A stretch of DNA of 64,000 nt from Sphaerodactylus townsendi (GCF_021028975.2 NC_059432.1:87048001-87112000); one strand, 5' to 3'. Shown: positions 1 to 11,755, numbered from the stretch's first letter. Translations and numbers: made by a program. The notes: a model not told the origin generated them from the letters alone.

Positions 1-2012
1 CTAGGTTTTCAGCCTGTCAGAGAATTAGGCTGGGTTAGTTGTCTTGAAATTTGTTTCCAGATATGTTAAATTGAATTCGATACATTGCTTTGAATAAGTT
101 TCAGGTACGTAGCTGTGCCGACATGCAGTAAGATTTGAGTCCAGTAGCACCTCAAGGACCAAGAAGAATTCAGGGTACCTGATGAAGAGAGCTTGACTTT
201 CAAAAGCTTTTATCCTGGAAATATTGTTGGTCTTCAAGGCCCTGCTCAGCTTGAATCTTGCTCCAAATCAGGATATCAGCTACTTGAGTCACTTTATAAT
301 TGTGAGCAATAATGGGCAAATTTTGTATGCTTATTTTGTATGTTTATTTTATGCCAATAAAGGCTTGTTACTATTACTTGAGTCACTTTTATATGGCTCA
401 CTGAGGCTTATAACTCCCCTGGATGCGTTTCTGTATATATAAAAAACAGGTATAGCTCTAAAAAAGATGGCACAGACTTCCAACTGACAGTACCACCTGT
501 TTTCATTTGGCAGATTCTAGAGTGGCATGATTCAGGTTAACAAATGTGTGGAATTTATGTTCGTAATTAGAGCAGATGGTTTTGGACTCCAGCATAATAA
601 TGACCAGATATAAAAGCTTGTGAGAGAACTTTCACACAGAAGAATATTTAAGCCCACCAAAATAAGGAGTTCTAGGCATGTGGAAAGGACTAAGCCATTA
701 GTTTCACTGTATGTAGAACAAGAACAGGGGCTGGGAAGAAATAAAAAACGGATCTAACTATCAAAGGGAACAAGTGAATAAGAAGTTATTCACTTGAATA
801 AGAGGCCAGAGATGTGTGTGCCGAGCGACACACCAAGAAAGACTCACAGTTGGCAATGTGCAAGATATGCAAAAAAAAAATTCGACCGCTTTGTGCACTT
901 GCAGATGTAAACAGGCTGAGGTGACATCTGGCAGTGTCAAATGACAGTTGTTCTTTCTCTGCACTGACAGCTATGTGAGGAATCACTGACTAAAAATCTC
1001 AAAGGCAATGCCAGGGACCGTCCTGTCATCTGTGTGTGTCTTATCAGTGGACTTATTGGCATAATAGTGCTATTCAGGGTAAGAGGTTAGGGCTCTGAAG
1101 CCTCACTTTCCTGAAATCCCACTCAAGACGTTCCCTTCCTTCAGCTTCTGAGATTTCACACGCATACAGGCCAATGTAAAACCTGAGATTCTCAGGGCAC
1201 CAAAAATTTCATACCGACTATAAATTGCTGCACTCAAACACGGTATCATGGAACATATAGAGATCATAGCTGGGTTCAGAAGGTGGCAAGGATGGGCATC
1301 TCACAGTGCTCCAAGGCTGGCAAAGGACCCACCACCTCAGTCATACCACCAAGCAACCAAGATGACCAGGGAAACCTGACACTATTTTCTGCTCAAGTGT
1401 CCTCATCATCAGGTTTAGAGGATCTTACAGAGCAATCCACTTTGTGTGTGTGGGTCGGGGGACGGGCCACAACAACACTGCCATGGCCAGCACAGTGAAG
1501 GCCGTTGCCCTGTCTCCAAAGGGGCTTCAGATATCGCAAAAAAGATGGAAATTTGAAAATCCTCCTGCCTGACTCACCCCATAGCCCCAATTTCCTCACA
1601 ACACCCTATTGTTTGGCGTCGAGTCTGCATGCTTGGAGGGCGGTGCTGCTGGCAAGAATGCTGGTGGAAGCTGCCTGAAGTTGGCACCATCCCCCTGAAT
1701 GCCCTCCCCCCTGCCAGCATCTGTTTGGATGACAGCATAGCATAGCTCTAAGGTGGTATCCACTTCTGGTTTTGCCCACCGTGGAACTGTGGGGTGGCTA
1801 CATGCCAGCGTTGTTGCTCTATTTACCAGCATGGGTGCCCCTTACCCTAGCGGAGGTGTCGCATATATTGCCGCAGCCTCCTGACACTCCCAAAGCCCAT
1901 TCATCTCTCTCCCATCCGGACTGGGTTGTTATGTCTGATGGTGATGCTAATTGTGTGGAAGATGCTTAAGGTAACAAGGATTTTTGAACTGCGTAAGATC
2001 AAAGGTTAGTCT

Positions 2013-2128
2013 GTGGGTTTTCCAGGCTGTGGGGCTGTGGTCTGGTAGTTTTTGCTCCTGACACATTTCACCGTGACATGCCTCGGAAGATGCCAGCCAG
2101 AGATGAGGGAAAAATGTTAGGAGCAAGC
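2013..2128. mobile_element. Penelope-like element terminal-repeat remnant, two short pieces in inverted orientation, with a decayed hammerhead motif
   Basis: gtgggttttccaggctgtggggctgtggtctggtag...gctcctgaca followed by cctcggaagatgccagccagagatg...aaatgttaggagcaa; same family as 36408-36525 and 55318-55475. Confidence 0.55.
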
Positions 2129-2298
2129 GCCAGATATAAACACAACAATGTGGGCAATGTGAAGGATCTAGACAACAACTATTACACTATGCCCCCTGGC
2201 CAAAATCCAAAACAATTAAAGACCCAATGCCGGTGATTTTAAGGTAGAAAAGTGCAAAGTGCAGCGCCAACGTAGAGGAACAACACAGAACAGAACAA

Positions 2299-2450
2299 AA
2301 CGGTCCATTGGTTACTCACCGTGAAGGGACCTTCTGCTGGACGCGGAAGGGCATCTTGATGGGTGTTTCCCAACCCGCCTTTCAGGAGGTGGTTCCGTAA
2401 CCCTATTCACTTCCTGTGAACTGCTTTGGCACGCCTTCATCTAGTCCAGT
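2299..2450 (-). repeat. DIRS 3' ITR plus right extension
   Basis: ttctgctggacgcggaagggcatcttgatgggtgtttcccaacccg... is the reverse complement of cgggttgggaaacacccatcaagatgcccttccgcctccagtagaa (7582-7627); ~33 extra nt lie outside it. Confidence 0.9.
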
Positions 2451-2632
2451 AAAATCCATCGTCCAGAGTAGTGAGAGCTCTTAATGTACTAACGCGGCGC
2501 AGGTCAGGAAGCCGCACAGAATAACATGAAAATAACTTGTCAACATGAAACAACAAAACTTTCTGCAAGGAAACTTGTTCTGTGCTGGAAGGGTTAGAAC
2601 CCATTATCGGGGACTAATAGCGATTCAGGGTT

Positions 2633-2722
2633 AAGATGCCCTTCCGCCCAGCAGGCCAGTCCCTTCATCGCGAGTAACCCAACCGCTCTACTCGGGAGGC
2701 CGGAATAAGCATCTTTGATGGG
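2633..2722 (-). repeat. DIRS internal complementary region (ICR)
   Basis: aagatgcccttccgcccagcagg-cagtcccttcatcgcgagtaacc-caaccg is complementary to the 2299-2357 end and is joined directly to ctctact-gggaggc-ggaa...gcatct-tgatggg, complementary to the 7628 end. Confidence 0.88.
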
Positions 2723-2759
2723 AACTCCCAGAGCAGTCCCAAAATGGGTGGGCCGTGGG

Positions 2760-3700
2760 ATCATTCCCCGACACGTGTTCCAGCACACGCCTACGTAAGG
2801 TGGCTTCGATGCTGCAAGGGAATGTAGTCTGTATGCTCCGGACAAACGTGGGAAGAAGTTGACCAGGTAGCGGCTCTACAAAATGTCCAGAAGGGGAACT
2901 TGTTTCCAGCAATGCGATTGGTACTTAGGTGGAATTAGCCGTACCTCGTGAAGCGGATGCTGACGCTTTCAGGAAGCCTGGCGATGCACATGCTCTTTAA
3001 TTGCCCTATTTCAACGCTGCCTTCGAGCATTCGCCTTCCAGGTTGGGGAGCGACGCTGACAAGAGGCTGTGGAAGTCCTATTTTACCCCAGTTCTTATGA
3101 TGAATGCTGCAGCTCTCCCATATCTAGGCTGCTTTCACAATCTCTGTTGGGTGCGAGAAGAGCGCAGAAGGGAAGGGCATCACCAACTCCTGAGATCGAT
3201 GAAATCTGGAATTCACTTTGGGCATGAAGGAGGGATCGGGTCTGAGCATTACCCGTCCTTGTGGGAAAATGCAATAATTCTACCTTCGACAGGGCGTGGA
3301 TTTCAGATAATTGCCGGGCTGAGGCTATGGCTAGCAGGAACAGCGTCCTCACCGGCTTTACTAAGGTGAGTCTGGCCCTGCACCGCTCAAACGGATTTCT
3401 GGGGTCAGAGCGATATACCAGGTGCAACCGCCATGTGGGAAAACGTGTATCACCGTACGGATTTGTTTCTACCCCTGCGGCACCACGACATCCGGGTTCC
3501 TGGAGGCAATCCTGATTACAGGTAACACCCTGCATCGTAAGGACGCATTTTGTCTCTCAGCGTGGAGCCACGCGAGGCCTTGATGGAGTCCGCCTTGGCA
3601 ACACTTCAGGATTTGCGAAGCGGTAGGAGCAAGTGGGGAAATGGATTTTCGCCTTCGCACCAACGCATCTAAAAGCTTTCCACGAGGAGTTGTAGATTTT
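2760..3700 (-). pseudogene. DIRS tyrosine recombinase (frameshifted as assembled)
   Basis: PTWRLHLV...NPFE...RTLFLLAIASARQLSEIHAL (ORF 3095-3535) resembles the DIRS YR PWDL..PFEPL..KT.FLLA.TSARR.SEL.AL motif; a C-terminal ICRAATW...FVRH-like segment lies near 2840-2890; bounds approximate. Confidence 0.85.
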
Positions 3701-3849
3701 GACTGGGTGGAAGAGCCGCCGACGGATTGTATTGGTACCTGGTCGGAGTAGCCTTTACCGCCTTAGGAGGTTCCTTTTTCTAAGCGCCACGCTGGTCATT
3801 TGTACCCACCCCGTTCGTGGGAGACCGCCCTTGGCCAGCATGTCCGTGG

Positions 3850-4150
3850 TGTTGGAAGTGGATCCCTGTGAGGTTGCCATCTCCAGAATGGAGGAGAGCC
3901 ATGGGGCGCCGTGGCCAGTGGGCCATCTCAGTATCACTCGGGCTTGCCTTCTATTACTATTCTTCCCAGAACCTTGGGTGATGGGCAGCGGAGGGTGCCA
4001 TTGCAGGGTCTTTGCCTGCGGAGCTGATGAGGGCGCCCACGCTCCACGCTGGGTGGTAAAACCTGGACATGAACTGTGGAGTCTGGTGATTTTCGGCTGA
4101 GGCTAAGAGGTCTACCTCGGAAGTCCCAGGTTCCGAGATCATGGAAGATG
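3850..4150 (-). pseudogene. DIRS DNA N6-adenine methyltransferase-like (MT) domain
   Basis: GTSEVDLLASAENHQTPQFMSRF (a DLFAS..N...F.SR-type motif) and a downstream IL..P.W...PW.S.L-like segment; bounds approximate. Confidence 0.72.
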
Positions 4151-5480
4151 TCGGCTTTAGTTTCCACCTCTGCTTCCGCTTATAGTGGTCCTGTTGATTA
4201 GGCCGGGCCGTGACGCTCAATTGGCCTCTCTTGATGTGTTCCATGGACAGTGACGCTGTAGTGAGCTTCGCCCATGTCAGGATGCCTTTACGCCTCCTTG
4301 TGCATGAGTGATGATCTGACCCCTTGATTGTTCAGGTAAGCTCACGTGGTGTTGTCTGTTCTACTAGAACATGGGTCCCCTGAGGGATGTCTGGAAGTGA
4401 TGCATATTGAAGCGCTGGACCCGGTTTCCAGGATGCGTTGATTGGAAGATCCGCTTCTCCGTGACCAACGCCTGTAACGCATTCGGTCCTTGAAGGTTGC
4501 TCCCCAGTCTCGCAGGCTGAAGGGCTGTGATCACCTGTCCTCCCATGAAATTCTTCCTTTCGCGTCGCAGGTCCACCACCTGAGTTCTCGCGGAGTCGTA
4601 AATAGTTGGACGACGCGATCTCGTTTTTTGCATTAATCTGCCGCTGGAATGGACGCAGGAAGGATTGAAGGGGCCTATGGCGCGGCTCCACCAGTATACG
4701 TCGCAACACTGACCATCAAACTCATCAGGCTTGCTACAGGCTACAAGGATGACGCCCTCTTTGGCGACAATGAGAGATACACGATCTGCCGGATGCGAGT
4801 CTCTGTTCTGTGGAATGAACAATGAGTTCTTGGTGGTATCTATGAGGCCCCCCCGGTGTTCCATTGTCCGTGAAGGAAGAGCTGTGCTTCTAAGTCTACC
4901 AGGAAACCCGGTCTTGAGTACTTCGTGCCGCTCTGACGTCTTGGCGTTTGTAGGGGCCGATCCCGATCGTGATAAGCGATATCGCTCCAGGTAGGGTATG
5001 AGTGGATCTTTCTGTTCCGGAGGAGGGTGATGGGACACAAGCATGATCTTGGAGAAGACTGGGCGGTACAGCCCGGCGTAGAGGGCCCTGAAATTGAAAT
5101 TATTATTCGCTGCTCACCGCGAACCGTAGGTACTTCCTGTGGGTGTGGTGGATCGGGATGGCGTGTAGCCCCGGTCAGGTTCCAGGATGTCATGAAGTTC
5201 CTGGAGGGATGTTTCTATGATGGAGTCAGAGTTCCATCCTGGCGCGCGGAGGTGGGGTGTCGATTGACGACCTCAGGTTGAGTACGCCTCCAGTCTCCAT
5301 TGCGCTCGAACAGTGAAAAAGGAGAACACCCCGGTGATCCTCCCGACGGCAACTGGTTCTATCGCCGATCCTCAAGAGGTTGAATGGCCTGTTGAGTTCT
5401 TTGGCGCCTTGTCTATGTTGAATTCGACTGGGAAGGCTGAAGCTGCTGAGGCGCGTGGTTGACCATTGAATAACCTGACT
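4150..5480 (-). pseudogene. DIRS reverse transcriptase-RNase H (frameshifted as assembled)
   Basis: Fragments across frames: HxPIH..HRKYLRF-like, QFRAL..G...AQSSPR, IHSYPYL(DD)-like near 4990-5010, and RNase H HVLV.TDNTT-like (catgttctagtagaacagacaacacc) near 4350-4375. Confidence 0.8.
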
Positions 5481-5559
5481 GGATGACCTCTCGGTGACCA
5501 TTGATCCAATATGGTTGCCTTCCCACCGGGAGCATCTTTGAAGCGTTAGTCGGCCAACG

Positions 5560-7328
5560 ACGGGCGAGTCATTATTTGGAAGGTCCTTCGTATCGCCTTT
5601 TTCCTCGCTGGCGTTGTTGTTACTTAAAGGAATTGCTGAATGCCCGGTCCGGCTGGCGAAGCCCCGCTGAGCTTAAGCGCTTGCCGCCTTCTGGAAGATT
5701 CCGAAGATCTTGTGAGATCGGAAAGTGTGCGGAAGATTTGTTGCTGGTGGTGATGATCGGTCTTGACCGATGGCATCGCTTTTTTTGTTGTCCTTGGTCT
5801 GTACTCAGGACTTGTCTGCCCCAATGAATGCTGCATCTCCCTGGATGAGTAACCCGCCACTCAGGTAGTTTGGATAGCATAGTCTGCGGCCAGGCTCTAG
5901 TTTCGTTGTCTCCTAAACTACTACTGTGTTGCTTATGATTTTGGATGTTATCAGTAGACCTTCGTGGATTGAGTCAGCTAGATAAGATACTGGAGAGGAT
6001 CCTTCAACTCTTCCCAAGTGCTTTGATTCAGGCGGGAGTACGTCTAGGATTCTTTCGTGAACTATACCATATGGCTGCTCTAGCCATGGTGGGCCGCAGG
6101 AGAGTAAAAGCTTCTAGATGTTATGCCAGGCCATCATATGCTTTTGGCGATGGCCTTCTGAGCTGCCATGTCCAGCTGATCCTTGATGGTGCCAACCCCG
6201 CCTTTGGAGACTAATCCCCCCCCCACTGTGGCATGGAGACGGGCGCGGCCCACAGGTGGGGACCTGGAGCATCTTGTTAATACAGTCTGGTATTATAGGT
6301 ACAGCTTTTAAAAGCTGTATCAGATGTTTGTGGAAGATGGGAGAGCCTCCACTTTTAAGAATGCCTTTGAAAGTATTCAGGACAGGTAGGTATTTGGGGT
6401 TGCGTTCCTTTATGTGTTTATCCTTCCCTCCCTTTAGGACTTCGATTGGTTTGTCTGAGGTGGAAGTGGCTGTAGGGTCCACTGCGTCTGCGGAATCCTT
6501 GAGGTCTAACGCTGTGATAGCTTTAGAAATTAACAGGGAGATGTTTTCGACCTCAAAAAATTTTAGGGGTTGCTCTGTATCTGATGCTTCCCCCTCTGAC
6601 TCTTGGAGAAGTGTTCAGAATGACCTCTGATCTGTTCTCACTGAATTCCTCCTCTTCCCTGGGAAGGTTAGTGGTTTCCTGGCGGCTACAGCCTGGCTGC
6701 TCCTTGTTGGAGACCTAATTGGAGATGCAGGGGAAGGATTTCTGCTTTAGGAGAACCATGCTCTTTTTTGTGGCAATGCATTGATCTCCCTCCCTCACTG
6801 CTTCTTCTAAAAAGCCCCACTAGTTGCTGGGAGCCGCCATCTATTGAAGCTGTGGATGCCCACTGTATGGCTAATTATGCCCCTCCCTTTCCTTGCTGTG
6901 CGCCTGCGGCGACCTGCACGGAGAATGAGTCACTTTTCTTCAAGCTGCCTCCGTTACATCGGAGGGGGTTTATCTTTGAGCCTCGGCAGCGCCTCTGCTA
7001 TAGCCAGCAGGGAGGGAAGAGGCGTCGTTGTTCGAGGCTCCTTCCGGTCCTCGACGCTGACTGGCCCCCGGGAAGGAGAGCGCCGCTGGGGCTAGAGGAG
7101 ACCCGAGGCCGCTCTCTGGCGGAGACACGGGCTGCCAGGCTCAATGCCGCTTTTTTTTCTCTTGGCCGCCGCTCTTCATTTCGCGCTTTTTTGGCTTTGG
7201 GCTGGGTCCGAGGGGAGGAGAGGGACGCTGTTTTGCTTGTCCCCTTGTTCTTGGCGGGTGGCAGCTCTTAGTGCTCCTCCGCTGAAGATCGTGCAAAGTT
7301 CTCCCTGGGGAGAAAAACGATCGGCCAT
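5560..7328 (-). pseudogene. DIRS gag-like ORF1 (frameshifted as assembled)
   Basis: Lies between the 5' ITR and RT; candidate ATG at 7328 (gccATGgcc); basic, low-complexity fragments. Assigned mainly by position. Confidence 0.55.
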
Positions 7329-7512
7329 GGCAGGGTCTATTGGGCAGGAGTTCCCTGTTAAGAGGGCCCTGGCGGTTTAAGGCAAAGGTAGAAATGGAAG
7401 AACACTAAAAAGGTAGAAATAACAGACACGCAGAGACACTAGACTCTACAGTACAGCAAAACTTGCAGACTATGGAGAAGGATGTTGCCTCTCCCTACTG
7501 TGGCAGGGAAGT

Positions 7513-7628
7513 AACTGGACCCAGATGGGCGTAAGGCAGCTCACAGGAAGTGACAAGTTTAAGACCCTGCCTCCCTGAGAACGGGTTGGGAAACACCCAT
7601 CAAGATGCCCTTCCGCCTCCAGTAGAAC
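7513..7628 (-). repeat. DIRS 5' ITR
   Basis: Inverted copy of 2332-2450. Confidence 0.9.
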
Positions 7629-8362
7629 AAGCACCAGAGAGACAATTCTCTATTCCCATAAACAATACTTAATATTACTCAATTCCTAAAGAAGCACATA
7701 GACATGGTGTTCATTATTTGAAGTCTGAATTTGCCTTATCCTGCATCAGATCACTTGTCTGTCAAGGTAAGTACTGCTTATTCTAACTACCGGCAGCTCT
7801 TCAGCATTTTAGGTAGAGGTCTTTCACTTCACTTACTACCTGATTGTTTTAATTTGGGATGCCAAGGATTGAACCTGGGTGACCTCCTGCACAACAGCCG
7901 ATGCTCTATCCCTGCTCTTTCCCTGTGGTGTCGCTCACAATTTCCATCAATCTACCACCTTTTTCTCTTGCAGGTAAATCAGGCGACAGCAGCTTGAGGC
8001 AGAATTGTAAGGCATATTTTGAGACCAAACCATGCAATGTCAGGGAGAAATGGCAGACAGAGACTAAATTGCTACCTTACACTGACCATGACCACAAGTC
8101 AACCAGACCAGTACAGTTTCCAAGCCTCCAAACAGATGTTTTCCACTACTGTGTTGCCCAAGATTCTTTTTTAGACTGAGGTGTCAAAGACTGAATCTGG
8201 AGCTTTATGAATGCACAGCATACATATTACCATGGAGTTATATCTTGGGGTGTCTAGTTAACACACATCAACCTCAGCAGGGTGTTGATGCTGTCACATG
8301 ACTGATGAGCAAGTTGTTTTTCCAGACAACTGAACAGCCAGGCCAGCTATTTTTGCAAAATA

Positions 8363-8368
8363 TTTATT
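8363..8368 (-). promoter_or_regulatory. Probable SIAH2 polyadenylation signal AATAAA
   Basis: tttatt on plus strand, ~1.1 kb downstream of the stop codon at the end of a repeat-free, U-rich UTR-like tract. Confidence 0.6.
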
Positions 8369-9456
8369 TAAAAAACTAGAGTAAATATGGCAACAACAAC
8401 AAAAAAAATGCTTAAATAGCAAAAAGGACAAGACACAGGCTGGTAACGTGTTATTTTAGCCAGTCTTTACAATGTCGATGTCAAGTATGTCTTCCCAAAG
8501 GGCAGCCACATGTAAACAACCTGGATATATTTATAGATGCAAATTTACTTTATCGGTTCGTAACACTTTCTTTCTTTTTTTTTTTTTGCAACTCCAGACT
8601 GAAGTGCTCTTTCAGCTCTGCCGAAATGGGATGGATGACTAAAAGAGGCCTGTGATTTTGCAAAACCTATGGACCGTTTTAACAGCTGCAAATCTTTTAA
8701 AATAACAGCCACTGAAGCACAGCAATAACAGCCAAAGTGCCTTCTGTTCCTGTGTCAGTGATGTAACCAATACAGCAATCTTTCCCAATTCCACCTTGCA
8801 GTTCTTGTTTATGAGGTCAGTCACAGAGAATGTTCTCATTTCCCGCCTCACAGGCATCTGTGACTGCATCAAAACGAGCTGGTAGAATCCTGAGGTGATG
8901 ATGTCCTGCTGCAGGTGAAGAACTACACCTTTGAATGCTCCCATTATACATTTCCTATATGCAGAAAAATAACAGCAGAGCAGGGCCACTCTCCTTGAGG
9001 TACTGGGCTTCAGCATACAAATTGTGGGGGGAGCATTCCAAAATGGTATGGACCATTTTTACCTTGTCAAGATTCTACCACCTCATCCTGCCCAGCCATA
9101 AACATGGGGGTTTTTTTGCTATGTTCGACCTAATAACACTTCTTTTCCCAACCTACAAGTTTGGATAAAAACTTTCCTTTCAAACTTTTCTCTAAAACAC
9201 ATCCAACTCCGTTTACAAAATAAACTTCTTTTCCCTTTGACGCATTAATAGGATCTAACTTGTCTTCAGTTTAAAAGCCCTTGTCATCTTTGCTTTAAGA
9301 AACAATTCAAGGAGGGAAGGGAGGATTTACAAAATGGTAGGCTAAAGAAGAACCCTACTACTTACAAAGACATCCTTGAATACCATTTTAAAAACCATGA
9401 ATGAAAAAAACCACTATGTCCAGACAAGCATATCTGTCTCACGTTACACAGAGGCA

Positions 9457-10020
9457 TCACGGACAACATGTAGAAATAGTGACGTTGATCCCAAGGTTTC
9501 ATTGTTCAAGTAAAAAGGTGTGCTATGCATGTGTCGGGGAAACAAAGACAGCGTCGCTGTTCCGCGATACGCTGCCACCCCATCATGAATGGACCGCGGC
9601 GTGGCCTCCCACGTCAGCCTCCGCCGGTTGCCGTTCAGTTCAAGTCTGTATGCAAAGTTCTCCGCTTGCTTTCGGGTACCGATGAGCAGGACGATGGCAA
9701 AGAACTGCTGATGGCCTTCGTACTTCTCCTGCTTCTCCAACACCAGCATGAAGTGGTGCCCGAAGCACGACTGCATCATCACCCAGTCGACGCCCCGCAG
9801 TTAATGTCTGGTGTAGCGCAGGGAAGATAATGTCTTCCTTTGCAGCGCAGATGCTCTTGTGGGCTGCGGGTAATGAGATGAGACATATCTGTTTCCTAAA
9901 GAGCCCCGCCATTTCTGTGAAAAGGCCCGGCAACGGACGGTGAAATATACGTATTCAAATGTCTTCGTGTTCTGGCTTTTCTGTATGATGGAGTGTCAGA
10001 GAGCAGCCCGTGGTGGCATA
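9457..10020 (-). CDS. SIAH2: E3 ubiquitin ligase SIAH2, coding exon 2 (zinc fingers and substrate-binding domain); apparent indels as assembled
   Basis: Acceptor ttccttgcag|TAT; [21 protein letters not shown]; [73 protein letters not shown]; ends [14 protein letters not shown] (9459-9457). Confidence 0.93.
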
Positions 10021-10850
10021 CTGCAAGGAAACAAACAAACAAAAAGGCAGCGTCGTCAGCACAAAGTTCTTCTAGGCACTGGTTGAAATTTTGGCTGGAC
10101 TTCAAAATATTCATGTCTCAACTCTGGCAAATTTCGGAGGAACTGCACATATTCTCAGGAATAGATAGCAAGCATCGTTTTATGTAAATATAGATCTGTC
10201 CCAGTTGACACATAAACATTTATCACATTGTTTGGTCTACATTTTGGTACCAAGATAAAGTGGCATGTATTGTGCCCTTTAAGAAATGTACCATGCACTT
10301 CTTTGGGAGCTAAGCACTGGAAAAGCAAGCTATAAATATGACCAATAAATGTTAGAACAGTGCATAGCAAGCTGTTTTTCCCTCACAGATATATCCTCAG
10401 CGTTACTGTAACTTAAAAAAAAACACCCAGAACCCCTAGATGCATAATCACTACTAGGCCAGGATTAATGATTGGGTGACGGACGCTCTAAATCAGAGTT
10501 CATTACCTTCCTGAGTAGTGGGCAATTCAATTAAAGTGGCAAAATGGTTGCCATTAAGAGGGACTGATTATTAAAATTCTGGAAGGCCCTAAGTCACATC
10601 CTCTATAATGGGACTTAAAAAAATAAAATAAAGAGGTAAGCCTCAAACAACCAAAAGTGATGTCTGACTTCTGGAGTGCCTTCAATGGAATACATGAAAG
10701 ACAAGACTGGAGTTTTGCTTTGAGAAAGGGTGTTTTGGGAAAACATAAGTGGGCATCATGGCACCCACAGGAGACCATTGCTTTAAATGAAACAACCCAG
10801 AAAAGCATCTCCTATACCTCTATGGTCCACAGGATGCTCTTGTGATAGGA

Positions 10851-10989
10851 CAGTGGTGGCAAATCTTTGGCACTCCAGATACATGGGATTCTACACTCCC
10901 CATCAGCCCCAATTGGCCATGCTGGTGGCAGGGGCTGGAGGGGAATTGTAGTCCATAACATCTGGAGTGCCAAAGGTTCGCCACCACGG
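10851..10989. mobile_element. Palindromic hAT-type MITE
   Basis: cagtggtggcaaatctttggcactccagat...atctggagtgccaaaggttcgccaccacgg; 8-bp TSD tgatagga/tgatagaa. Confidence 0.8.
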
Positions 10990-11591
10990 TGATAGAACTT
11001 GAGAGGCCTGAACAGGTCTATCCTCTCTCCCCTGCAGTTACCTCACAACTCAAAATAATAAAAGAGGACCTTCACTAACTCTGATCATGGAGTCCTTTTG
11101 CTTACTGATCCTCCCTCCCCTTGCTATGAGAATATAATTGCCTCCCACTCTTCCTTCTTAGTAGCTCAGGGTTGCCAATCATCTAACTGAGCATTTAAAT
11201 TTAATTGCCAAGTTCTTGGTACTAATGCCTTTTTGAGACGGAGGAAAGGAAGGAAGGACAGACAACATGTGCTTCACGTGTGAGACAGCTGCTGAACCAT
11301 AAAAGTCACAGTGCATGGTGATAAAAGAAAAGCCATTTGTACTTTTCCTCCCATCAACTGGGCAACCTGGAATACAGATAACAACAGCCAAAACACTAAT
11401 GGCCTACAAGGTTATACTTTTATCCCATCCTGCCTTCTCCAAGAAGCACTGTGCTTCTAACCTCTTCTACATTACCCTAATGACAACCTTATCCGGTAGG
11501 TTAGGCTAACAATGCCTGGCTCAGGGCCTCCCAGCTAGCTTCATGGCAGTTTGAATGTGAGTCTCCCTTGTTCTCATTTAACACGCTAAGC

Positions 11592-11755
11592 CTGTGGTGG
11601 TGGACCTATGGCACTCCAGATGTTCGTGGACTACAATTCCCATCATCTCCTGCCGGAATGGCCAATTGGGAATTGTAGTCCATGATGGGAATTGTAGTCC
11701 AAGCTGGGAATTGTAGTCCATGAACATCTGGAGTGCCATAGGTTTGCCACCACTG
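11592..11755. mobile_element. Palindromic hAT-type MITE with internal duplications
   Basis: Same TIR family as 10851; gggaattgtagtcca repeated three times. Confidence 0.75.

Larger units (their letters stand above)
2299..7628 (-). mobile_element. Full-length DIRS1-type tyrosine-recombinase retrotransposon
   Basis: Inverted terminal repeats (2332-2450 and 7513-7627), right extension (2299-2331), internal complementary region (2633-2722) matching both termini, and gag/RT/RNase H/MT/YR motifs in the expected order on the minus strand. Confidence 0.93.

Noticed and set aside
1570-1975. Possible first exons or RFX-like promoter of the next minus-strand gene (ERICH6 expected by synteny)
   Set aside because: Splice-like signals exist but no translation resembles a protein I recognise.
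9444-9782. Separate processed SIAH pseudogene
   Set aside because: Has a proper splice acceptor in phase with exon 1, lacks exon 1 sequence and continues into a UTR; it is SIAH2 exon 2.
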